Of a stretch of DNA of 64,000 nt, positions 11,295 to 20,296 are shown in pieces. Below the pieces are notes generated by a model. The model made no database searches, was not told where the DNA came from, and saw only the letters and a program-made list of their open reading frames with translations. Source of the DNA: Vairimorpha necatrix (taxonomy: Eukaryota). The stretch covers positions 558,001 through 622,000 of the forward strand of contig CP142730.1 of NCBI GenBank assembly GCA_036630325.1, in the 5' to 3' direction. Position numbers and translations under genes: made by a program. Positions within the stretch are counted from its first letter, which is position 1; every line of letters starts with the position of its first letter.

Positions 11295-12080
11295 TTTTTC
11301 TTCAAAGTAAGAGGTAGAGAGAAACCTTACATAGGGACCAGAGGATTTGGGGTGTGATCCTCATTCAACTGGTATTGCGAGATTCTTACTCACTATAACT
11401 CCCTCCATACAACTTGCCGGTGCAGCAATTCTCCGCCGTATCCATTGGACTTTGTCTTCAGGAGAACACTTTCCATTTATACCTCAAATCGCGTCCAGAG
11501 TGACCTCGCAGCGGATATACTTAACGGGCATGGTTATCTATAACCCGAGGAGAGACATCATCGTACTGACTCAAAGGTCCCTACAATCATCTGTATTGCA
11601 CACACGGCTCCTTACACGACCACATCCCCAGCCCGTGCTTTTTATTGGGCTGCGTTGACCACCAGTCTCCCACTAGTTTAGGCCACCGTGTTACAGAATC
11701 ATGTAGGATAGGGTCCACGAGACCTCTATTGCCCCACTCCGTCTAGTCTCTTAGTTAGCTCCAGGAACCCACTCTAGAGTGCACCAGCCATGGGCTCCAA
11801 CTGGGCCGTGCCCATTAGATACTTTTATGTATCATTAAGTCACCAAAAGCGATACTGCTTTTTGGCTTTGAGGTGCGTTTCTACACTAGATGCTAATCCC
11901 CTTGTGGCTGGACACACACAAGTTTCATTGAATTAACTTAATGATTATCGTGGACATTTTCATCATCTGAGATGTTCCAACTGCATCATAGAAAGTAGAA
12001 AAAATTTTGGAGCCCCTGGGAATCGAACAAAGCCATTGCTCAATGGAAGCATAGCATTCTACCACTGTGCTAAGGGCACC
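11295..12080 (-). mobile_element. tRNA-headed SINE-like element, copy 3 (best preserved; poly(A) tail and 21 bp TSD)
   Basis: The minus strand begins GGTGCCCTTAGCACAGTGGTAGAA...GTTCGATTCCCAGGGGCTCCA and ends ...TTACTTTGAAG(A)n. It is flanked by TTTCATT(T/A)AAAACGTGTTTTT at 11274-11294 and 12081-12101 (one mismatch). Confidence 0.92.
12008..12080 (-). promoter_or_regulatory. tRNA-like head with internal Pol III A and B boxes (not a functional tRNA)
   Basis: 73 nt. Acceptor-like stem GGTGCCC/GGGC(T/A)CC-A, A box TAGCACAGTGG, B box GTTCGATTC. Anticodon-like stem TGCT-TCCATTG-AGCA has a non-canonical loop. Confidence 0.8.
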
Positions 12081-12414
12081 TTTCATTAAAAACGTGTTTT
12101 TCAAGTTAACGTTGCTTACATTTTTTTAGTTTATCTGCATATGTTCAACATAAATTTTAAACTTTATAATGGACATTGTTACTAAACTTAAAATAGTATA
12201 AAAAGTATTATTTGTTCTTCTATAGATTTATTCTATATTATAGTTATATATATATAATATGTGTATTACAAGTATTAATTCTTTTTTTTAGATAAAAAAA
12301 TTAATATCTAAGGAATTCGGAATTTTTATTAGGCAAATCACCTACAAGATATCTTTTTAATTATTAAAAAATATACTTTACCTATAAGGAAAAATAAAGT
12401 AAAATTCAATTTTT

Positions 12415-13590
12415 TTATTCATTTATCAAATTATCATGTTTTTTCAATAGTTCAATAATTTTTGGTATTGATATCTTTCTCGTCACACCTACTTCTATTT
12501 TATAATAAACCATTCCTTTATATTCATTTCTTATAAGTCCTACATCATCTGCCAAACTTTTAATAAATGGATAATCTAATATAATGACTGTTCTTACATT
12601 TTTAATTTTAGTAGATACAAGGTAGAAATCCAGACCCATATCATTTTTAAAAGATTGTAGTTTGCAAAATAGACCAAGTCCTTCCTTGTTTTGTTCAAAT
12701 CCTCTTATAATTTCGGCTTCTCTGTCTATCCATTTTTCGAATTTATATTTTATAACTGACATACCAAAATTATAACCACATGAGTTATAAGATTTGTAGT
12801 CTTTCAGTAAAATTATATTTGTATTGTGGTATTGATCATTTCGTCGAGCTTTTTTTATATTTTTTAGTTCGTTTTTTAATTCTTTTTTTGATAAATGAGA
12901 TAATTTTTTTAATTTTTTATATTCCTCAATGTCATAAGTACTAACTCTTCTTTTTAAAAATTTTGTGTCTACTATAATCGGTATAAGTAGTAGTGATGCG
13001 ATCTGAGTGCAGAGTTGGTTTTTATTTTTTTTTAATTTTTTTGTCACGATTGTAGCTTTCTTTGATAAATCATTACCAAGGTATCTTGATACTAATGTAG
13101 TAGCAGATCCAACATCAGTGTCGATATAAATTTTATTAGTATTAGATATTTTGTGTGTTAATGGATGATGGTCTATTATCATTTCTATTTCACAATGTTT
13201 TAGTTCATCAATTGGCTCATTATGATCGGTCAATATTAATTTTATGGATTTGTCAGTTATAAAAATTTTTTTATCGTCTACTAATAGATATGTTCCTATA
13301 GCTTTAGCTTCTTTTGAGAATGTACCCAAAGGTCTTTCTAGGAATATTAAGTCTTCTATATTTATTTCATATTTTTCGCAGACCCAGATTAATTCTCCTT
13401 TACTTTTAAATACATCTTTTCTCATGTTTACAACAAAAATTGCATTTATAGCATGCGCTAATATTAGTGAACTTATAAATGAGTCAAGGTCGCATGCCTC
13501 ATTCCCCATACAAATTTGTAAGTGGCTGTTTTGTACTTTATTTTTATTTTTTAGTAAAAATTTTTCTAGACTTTCTTTTAATTCAGTCAT
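12415..13590 (-). CDS. PPX1: Exopolyphosphatase (DHH/DHHA2 family, PPX1/prune-like)
   Basis: Motifs GNEACDLDS, LTDHN, IIDHH, VGSATTLV, IIVDT and LLKDYK. CCC lies directly before the ATG. Confidence 0.9.
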   Translation of the reverse strand: MTELKESLEKFLLKNKNKVQNSHLQICMGNEACDLDSFISSLILAHAINAIFVVNMRKDVFKSKGELIWVCEKYEINIEDLIFLERPLGTFSKEAKAIGTYLLVDDKKIFITDKSIKLILTDHNEPIDELKHCEIEMIIDHHPLTHKISNTNKIYIDTDVGSATTLVSRYLGNDLSKKATIVTKKLKKNKNQLCTQIASLLLIPIIVDTKFLKRRVSTYDIEEYKKLKKLSHLSKKELKNELKNIKKARRNDQYHNTNIILLKDYKSYNSCGYNFGMSVIKYKFEKWIDREAEIIRGFEQNKEGLGLFCKLQSFKNDMGLDFYLVSTKIKNVRTVIILDYPFIKSLADDVGLIRNEYKGMVYYKIEVGVTRKISIPKIIELLKKHDNLINE

Positions 13591-13862
13591 GGGTTTGTTT
13601 AATTATTTTTTTTTAATTATCAAGTTTCATTTGTGATATTTTTTCATATACATATTATGTATAACAAGTCTTTATTACCTTATAACATTAATATATTAGA
13701 TATAAACAAAATAATTTGCAATATTATTAATGACTAATGTGTTTGTTACATTAAGATACACTTATTTACAAAAATAAAAATCTCATTTACATTTAAAATA
13801 TTCATATGTTAATAAACTTATTACACAAACTATAATTTGTTTTTTTACATTTATATACATTT

Positions 13863-14333
13863 TTAATTATATAACTCTGAATACAATGGCGGCTCTTCTA
13901 CATTCTCGTCTTCTTCATCAATAAAAGTTGGTTTAAATGACACATTTTTCAACATTTCTTTTAGACATTTATAAAAGACTGTAGGATCAGAATCCTCAAA
14001 CGATAAATAAATAGAAGCCATGAAGTTATTCTCTACAATGAAATCTATTTTATTTTCTTGTTCTTGAAAAAACAATTTAGAAATAGGCACAGAAAAAGAG
14101 CTAAATTTTTCCGTTATTTGGTTTGGCCTGAAAATTAATCTGTAATTTGTTAAGTATAGAAATCCTTTATAGGATAAATATTTCCTTGTTGTGGCTGGTA
14201 TACCATCCCCAGTTTGAAATACAAATTTAGTATTAGGGTTGTAATAAAGAATGTCCTCGTCGTCTTCTACAGGTAGAGGAATATTATTAGAAGTGAAGAG
14301 TGTAGAATTTAGTTGTTCTAGAGTTTTCTTCAT
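13863..14333 (-). CDS. GRAM/PH-like domain protein with C-terminal PPxY motif (WBP2-like)
   Basis: KGFLYLTNYRLIF...FSSFSVP is a GRAM signature, and PPLY lies at the C terminus. Start placed at the first ATG (MKKTLEQ), which follows a CCC motif; the ORF track starts at an upstream TTG. Confidence 0.75.
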   Translation of the reverse strand: MKKTLEQLNSTLFTSNNIPLPVEDDEDILYYNPNTKFVFQTGDGIPATTRKYLSYKGFLYLTNYRLIFRPNQITEKFSSFSVPISKLFFQEQENKIDFIVENNFMASIYLSFEDSDPTVFYKCLKEMLKNVSFKPTFIDEEDENVEEPPLYSELYN

Positions 14334-14648
14334 TTTATGTTTTGAGGGTACCAAACAATAACAATTAACAACGTATATTTAATTAAGGCTACAAGTGAAA
14401 ATTATGAGATTTATATAATTTAAATGCATTTAGCCATGTATAAGATTAAAGATGTTGCATATGGGGTTTACTAATTAAAATTTAAGTATAAATAACGTTA
14501 ACTTAAACTGCAGATAAATTTAACTATAAAATTGATATAAAAGAAGGAAGTAAACATTTAAAATAAAATTTAATCTTTATGTCTAAAATTTATATTTAAC
14601 AAATCAAATTTTCATTATATTGAAAATTAAGATTAATCTTAAAAGTAA

Positions 14649-16208
14649 TCATATATATAAAAGAATTTTATTTAATTTTTTACCCCTCTTTTTGGGATTG
14701 AAGAATTTTTACACCATATATTTTTTGCTTTTTATGATATTTGAATATTAAATACAAATTTATTGCTTTAATTTGACTATTCTAAGTGTGTATGTTATTA
14801 GTTAATACTTTTTAATTTTGATTATTATTTAAGTGAAACTCGGTTTCAAAATATCATCAGAATCGTTTTTTAGAATTTATTTAACCCTTCTAGAAAAAAT
14901 TCACAAAAACAATAAACAAAAAAAATTGAATATAAGTGTCAAAAATTGAGCTTAGAATTCCATAAAATTATTTCAATGAGACTCATAAGTGTTTTTAACT
15001 TAACTTTACTCCTTCTATGTCACTAAAAAGTATTTTTAAAAATCATATCTTCACCCTGTCAAATTCAATCATCCCAAAATGGAAACTTAACAAAATTAAA
15101 GGAGGAAATACATACTAAAAAACTAAACATATAATTCCCGTTTTCAAAACGGGAAAGCATACGCTAGTCATATATATAAAAGAATTTTATTTAATTTTTT
15201 ACCCCTCTTTTTTATGGTTTTTTAAAATTTAAACTTCTTATTATAGCTTATTGTGTTTTTGTAATATCAAATATAAACTCAATGAAGGATTTTGACTATC
15301 ATATATGCGTGTACTGTATGTTAATACATTTTGATTTTAATTCTTTGTTTTGTAAAACTCAGTTCCAAATATCGTCAGATTCTTTTTTAGAATTTATTTA
15401 ACCCTTCCAAGAAAAATTGCAAAAATAATTAACAATAAAGATTTTGAATATAAGTGTCAAAAACTGAGCTTTAAGAGTTTTGAACATATCTCATTGAGAT
15501 TCATAAGTGTTTTTAACTCAACTTTACTCCTTCTATGTCACTAAAAAGTATTTTTAATAAACAAACATGTCTTCACCCTGTCAAATTCAATCATCCCAAA
15601 ATGGAAACTTAACGAAATTTACCGATCAGGGACATATTATAAAACTTAACATTTAGATCCCGTTTTCAAAACGGGAAAGCATACGCTAGTCATATATATA
15701 AAAGAATTTTATTTAATTTTTTACCCCTATTTTTTGTGATTTTGTAAAATCTAAACTTCTTATTATAGCTTATTGTGTAATTATGATATCAAATATAAAC
15801 TCAATGAAGGATCTTGACTATTCTAAGTGTGTATGTTATTAATTAATACATTTTTATTATGATTATTACTTTTGTAAAACTCAGTTCCAAAATATCGTTA
15901 GAATCGTTTTTTAGAATTTATTTAACCCTTCTAGAAAAAATTCACAAAAATATTAATCAAAGAAAAAGTTGAAAAAAGTGTCAAAAATTGAGCTTAGAAA
16001 TTCCCAGAATTATTTCAATGAGACTCATAAGTGTTTTTAACTCAACTTTACTCCTTATATGCTACTAAAAAGTATTTCTAATAAACATGTCTTCACCCTT
16101 TCAAATTTAATCATCCCAAAATGGAAACTTACCAAAACTTACCGAGGCGGGACATACAAAAAATAAAACATTTAAATCCCGTTTTCAAAACGGGAAAGCA
16201 TACGCTAG
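14649..16208 (+). mobile_element. Tandem array of three non-autonomous Helitron units (14649-15167, 15168-15689, 15690-16208)
   Basis: Each unit starts with 5'-TC and ends with hairpin CCCGTTTT-C-AAAACGGG, ~10 nt, then CTAG-3'. The array sits between A (14648) and T (16209) with no TSD, and the internal junctions are exact CTAG|TC. Confidence 0.9.
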
Positions 16209-16235
16209 TATTTTATATTTAATTTATCTTCTTAT

Positions 16236-16787
16236 TTATTTAATATTTTTAGTTTCATAAACTTCTAGAATTCTTATTGGTTTCTCTTTCATTTTCTTCT
16301 TCTGACATTTCAATATTTTCAACTGTTTTTCATTAATAGCTTCCCCTTTCTTGCACACAACATAATCATCTTCTAATATTGTTATATTCTTCTCAGTAAT
16401 TGTAGGCAATAAATCTGCCAGTTCTTTATTAGTTATTTTTCCTTTATTAATTATAAAATCTTCATCAGATATGTCATTTATATCATAATATGTTTCAAAT
16501 TTATATTTTTTAATATTTTCTATGCCCGAAGTATTAGTAAAAACTAAAAAGAAGTTTTTATCAAGTACGTCTTTATTAAAAAAATTGTATTTTTTACACA
16601 ACATCTTTTTCTTTACAAAGAGTATACTTGTATTTTCTAATTCTGTTCTCATTTTGTTCATTAATGATGCACTTATGTCTGTGTTTTCTACTACACAAAT
16701 GTATTCATGGTCTTTTATAAGAGAAGTAAATTTGTCAACAGTTTCGAGTTTTTTCTCTTTTAATTTTTTTTGGATTTTCCCACGCAT
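16236..16787 (-). CDS. MRT4: Ribosome assembly factor Mrt4-like (uL10/P0 paralog)
   Basis: L10-like N-terminus (YICVVEN...MNKMRTEL) and C-terminal DYVVCKKGEAINEKQLKIL, typical of Mrt4/P0. No acidic P0 tail. Confidence 0.75.
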   Translation of the reverse strand: MRGKIQKKLKEKKLETVDKFTSLIKDHEYICVVENTDISASLMNKMRTELENTSILFVKKKMLCKKYNFFNKDVLDKNFFLVFTNTSGIENIKKYKFETYYDINDISDEDFIINKGKITNKELADLLPTITEKNITILEDDYVVCKKGEAINEKQLKILKCQKKKMKEKPIRILEVYETKNIK

Positions 16788-17289
16788 AGGGCGAAAAAAT
16801 AAAAAAATTTAAAAAACATTTTATTATTATCATCTAGTATTGCCTACTTGTTTATATGTAGTTTAAAATTATTCAATAAAATGTATATTTATTTTATATT
16901 TGCCTCATTTATGCTTCCTCTTTGGGTGCTGTGGCATGTGCCGAAAGCAATGTCCTGAAATTTTCTTTTTTTAACCCCAAAAATAAATTTTCAAAAGTTA
17001 TAGAAAAAGACTTAAAAATTAGACAATTAACATGAAAACAACATGTGCCTATCTAAATCTTGTAATAAACTATTAAAATTATAAATAATCTTCTTCTAAT
17101 AATTTTTTTTTTTGTTTGAGAAACAAGTCCTTTGTTGCAATGATGCTTTTTTATAAAGTTAGCATTTTCTAAATATAATACTTCCAAATTATGGCCAATA
17201 AAAGCTCACTTTAATTCATTTTCTAAGTGATTTAGATAAGCCAAAGGTGAGCATAAGTAGTTTTGAAAAGAGATTATAATTTTCTCCAA

Positions 17290-17590
17290 CAAATTATACT
17301 GGAAATAGTATATATTGATGAATGAAATTTTCAAAAAAAATTAAAATATTTTTAGTGCATCTAGTAGATGGCATCTGGCTTTATAATATGATAGAAAATG
17401 GTTCCTTGAAATGTGCAGATCTGTTCTAAGTCGATGATAAGACAAAAAAAATCCTTACGAATCAAAATATAACACGGCAAGACAATTAGTAGCAAATCAT
17501 TTTACAAGTGTGAATATAAAAATAAGATATAAATTCTAATTTTAATAATAGGATAAAACATTGGCTTGAAATGCAAAGCTCAATATAATT
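17290..17590 (+). pseudogene. Decayed Merlin/IS1016 (ISXO2-like) transposase fragment
   Basis: Hand translation across stops and frameshifts gives EIVYIDE*..., then HLVDGIWLYNMIENGSLKC...VDDK. This resembles the VEIDE...G.WV.G.VER...V.DR core of Merlin transposases. Confidence 0.55.
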
Positions 17591-18601
17591 TTAAAATCAG
17601 AGCGCTTAATTGATTTGTTTGTTCTACGTCTAATAATTATAGTCATAGATTAAAGTTGTATAAATATACAATATAATAAAACTTTAGATCAAGAATAAAT
17701 TTATGATTATGTGTCTTTAAATTATCTCGTTACTTAAATATTTTTCTATTAAATATATGACGCGCTCTTATTTAAATTGTAAACAAAAATCCTCAGAATA
17801 TATAAATTTGTAAAATTTTTTCATGGTTATTATTTTTTAAAAATTTATCTGTTTTGTTTTATTTATATTATTAGTATAATTATTTGGTGGTGGTTGTGAT
17901 TGTACAATGGACAAATAAAGTTTATATTCTCTTGCAAAAACATTTAGATATAAAGCGACACATAAAATTCATATCTTACTCGAAAGACTAACACAAAAAA
18001 TAAAAAACCTTCATAATAAATGTCTCAATATAGAAATGTTATCTCATGACACATCACATTAAAACAATATCTGAGCCTTTTTAGAAGTACTTAGTCATAT
18101 TATAACCTATTGATATCGTTGCTTAAAGTATTTGCTTATATAAAGGTAAAAAACCTCTTAGGTGTACTAACATTGTAAAGTATAAAAATAATAGGCAAAA
18201 AGTCTATAAATAAGAATAAAATTATTGTTATCTGTTTTGAATTTGGCTATTATAACAAGTTAATCAACCCAAAAAGCACACAAAATAAATTAGATGTATA
18301 TAACCAATAATTTTTATACGAAAATTGTATTTTCTTTCTAATAACAAATAAGATTTCAAATTCAAAAAAATTATTCGTCATCAAATTAGAAATTTACTAA
18401 CTTGTATTCAAAACATTCGTTTTTTAATTAACCAACAATATTAATTTTTGACTACCACAAATTAATAAAGGCCTATCATCTATTTTCATTTCCATTTACC
18501 ATCTTTCTAATATTATTTTTCACCAATTATTTAATTTATCAAAATTAACCAATAATTTCTAAATTAAAACTATTTAAAAAAAATAATTAATTTATCAACA
18601 T

Positions 18602-20038
18602 ATGAACGACGCAGACAGTTCCGAATATTCAACATTTATCGACAATAATTGTATTGACAATTTACTTAAAAGAATGAAAAACACTCTTAATAAACTAGAA
18701 GAAGATTGTAATAAAACAGAACTCAACCAATTTTATGATTTATACGAAAGATATTTAAAATCTAGAGGCGAGACAATTGTTTGGGACGAGATTAAACACC
18801 CTAAAGATCGTATAATCCATTACAAAGATATTATTAGCCAAGACTCAAATGCTAAAGATTTATTAAATAAACTAGCAGTATTAAAACTTAATGGTGGTTT
18901 AGGTACAACAATGGGTTGTGTTGGGCCTAAAAGTGCTATACCTGTAAAAAATGGTAAAAATTTTATTGATTTAGTAGCTAAACAGTTAAAATTTTTAAGA
19001 CGACAATTTGATGTAGAAGTACCTTTGGTACTTATGAATTCTTTTAATACTGAAAGTATGACAGAGACATTAATATCAAGACACGATAATATTTTGACTT
19101 TTAATCAATCCAAATATCCACGTATTAGTGCTGACACTCTACTACCACCAATGAATTTAAACAAAAATGATCTTTTTTATCCACCTGGTCATGGCGATAT
19201 TTTACAATCTTTAGATTGTAGTGGTATGTTAGATAAATTGCTTGATGATGGTAAAGAATACCTGTTTATTTCTAATATTGATAATTTGGCAGCTACAGTT
19301 GATTTGAATTTGTTGGAATTTTTCGCTTCACAAGATTTGGAGTTTATGATGGAAGTTACTGAAAAAACTAGAGCTGATATAAAAGGTGGTACATTAATTG
19401 AGTATGGTGGAAATTTGAGATTATTAGAAATAGCACAAGTCCCGCCTTCTAAGAAGTCTGAGTTTACAAGTGTAAGGAAGTTTAAGATTTTTAATACTAA
19501 TTCTGCTTGGATTAATTTAAAAGCTTTAAAAAATAAATTAAAAACTGAAAGTTTTACACTTGATATTATTGAGAATGTCAAGACTGTTGGTGATGAGTCT
19601 GTTTTTCAATTAGAGACTGCTATAGGTTCAGCTATAAGGTTTTTTAATAAATCTTGTGGGGTAGTTGTACCTCGTTCTCGATTTTTACCAGTTAAGTCTT
19701 GTTCTGACCTATTTTTAGTTGAGTCAAATTTGTTTATTGAGAGAAATGGTCAGTTAGTTTTGAATCCCAATCGTGTACCTATGAATGTTCCTACAGTGAA
19801 ATTAATAGGCAAGAATTTTAAGATGATTGATAAATATGAAGATTCCTTCAGGGGTGTTCCTGATTTATTAGAGCTTGATAGTCTTACTGTTTCCGGGGAT
19901 GTTAAGTTTGGGAAGAATGTAGTTTTAAAGGGGACTGTGATTATTTTGGCTGATAAGAATAGTGTCATAAATATACCTGATGGGAGTATTTTAGATGACA
20001 ATATAGTGTATGGGAATTTGCCTATTATTGAGCATTAA
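18602..20038 (+). CDS. UGP1: UTP--glucose-1-phosphate uridylyltransferase
   Basis: Motifs KLAVLKLNGGLGTTMGCVGPKS, LMNSFNT, YPPGHGD, SNIDNL, ADIKGG, FNTN, QLETAIG and VPRSRFLPVK, plus a C-terminal beta-helix. Confidence 0.98.
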   Translation: MNDADSSEYSTFIDNNCIDNLLKRMKNTLNKLEEDCNKTELNQFYDLYERYLKSRGETIVWDEIKHPKDRIIHYKDIISQDSNAKDLLNKLAVLKLNGGLGTTMGCVGPKSAIPVKNGKNFIDLVAKQLKFLRRQFDVEVPLVLMNSFNTESMTETLISRHDNILTFNQSKYPRISADTLLPPMNLNKNDLFYPPGHGDILQSLDCSGMLDKLLDDGKEYLFISNIDNLAATVDLNLLEFFASQDLEFMMEVTEKTRADIKGGTLIEYGGNLRLLEIAQVPPSKKSEFTSVRKFKIFNTNSAWINLKALKNKLKTESFTLDIIENVKTVGDESVFQLETAIGSAIRFFNKSCGVVVPRSRFLPVKSCSDLFLVESNLFIERNGQLVLNPNRVPMNVPTVKLIGKNFKMIDKYEDSFRGVPDLLELDSLTVSGDVKFGKNVVLKGTVIILADKNSVINIPDGSILDDNIVYGNLPIIEH

Positions 20039-20296
20039 ATGGATAAAACTTTTGTTTATTATATTTGGAAATTAAGTTATATTGGTTTTTATATTGGTTT
20101 TTATATTGGTTTTTATATTTGGATATTTGTATGTAAATTTTAAATTACTTTTTAAGTTATATTGTTTGAGTATTAGTTTTTATGGTTATATTAGTTTTTA
20201 TATTAGTTTTTAAATTTGTTTATAAATTCAATATAACTTTTTTACAGCTTTTTATATTACTTTTTATATGTTTTTAAATATTACATGTTTTTTATT

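Noticed and set aside
11600-11612. GAGCCGTGTG (minus strand) resembles the start of group II intron domain V
   Set aside because: The complementary ACGGTTC half is missing and the motif is not kept in other copies.
11347-11658. Recurring short ORFs containing MVIYNPRRDIIVLTQRSLQSS (also 2460-2651 and 49052-49273)
   Set aside because: They are antisense to the SINE and differ in start, stop and frame between copies. The similarity reflects the conserved nucleotide island, not a protein.
11738-11752. AGAGACTAGACG (minus strand) resembles the R element of group I introns
   Set aside because: There is no conserved UAGUC partner for P7. The only S-like word (AAAGTCC) pairs locally with TGGAC, and GAGAC has its own local partner. 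Not supportable without a covariance-model search.
19189-20001. Antisense ORFs overlapping long genes (here UGP1; likewise in PPX1, TRA1, gag-pol and others)
   Set aside because: These are shadow frames of real CDSs in AT-rich DNA, with no motifs.
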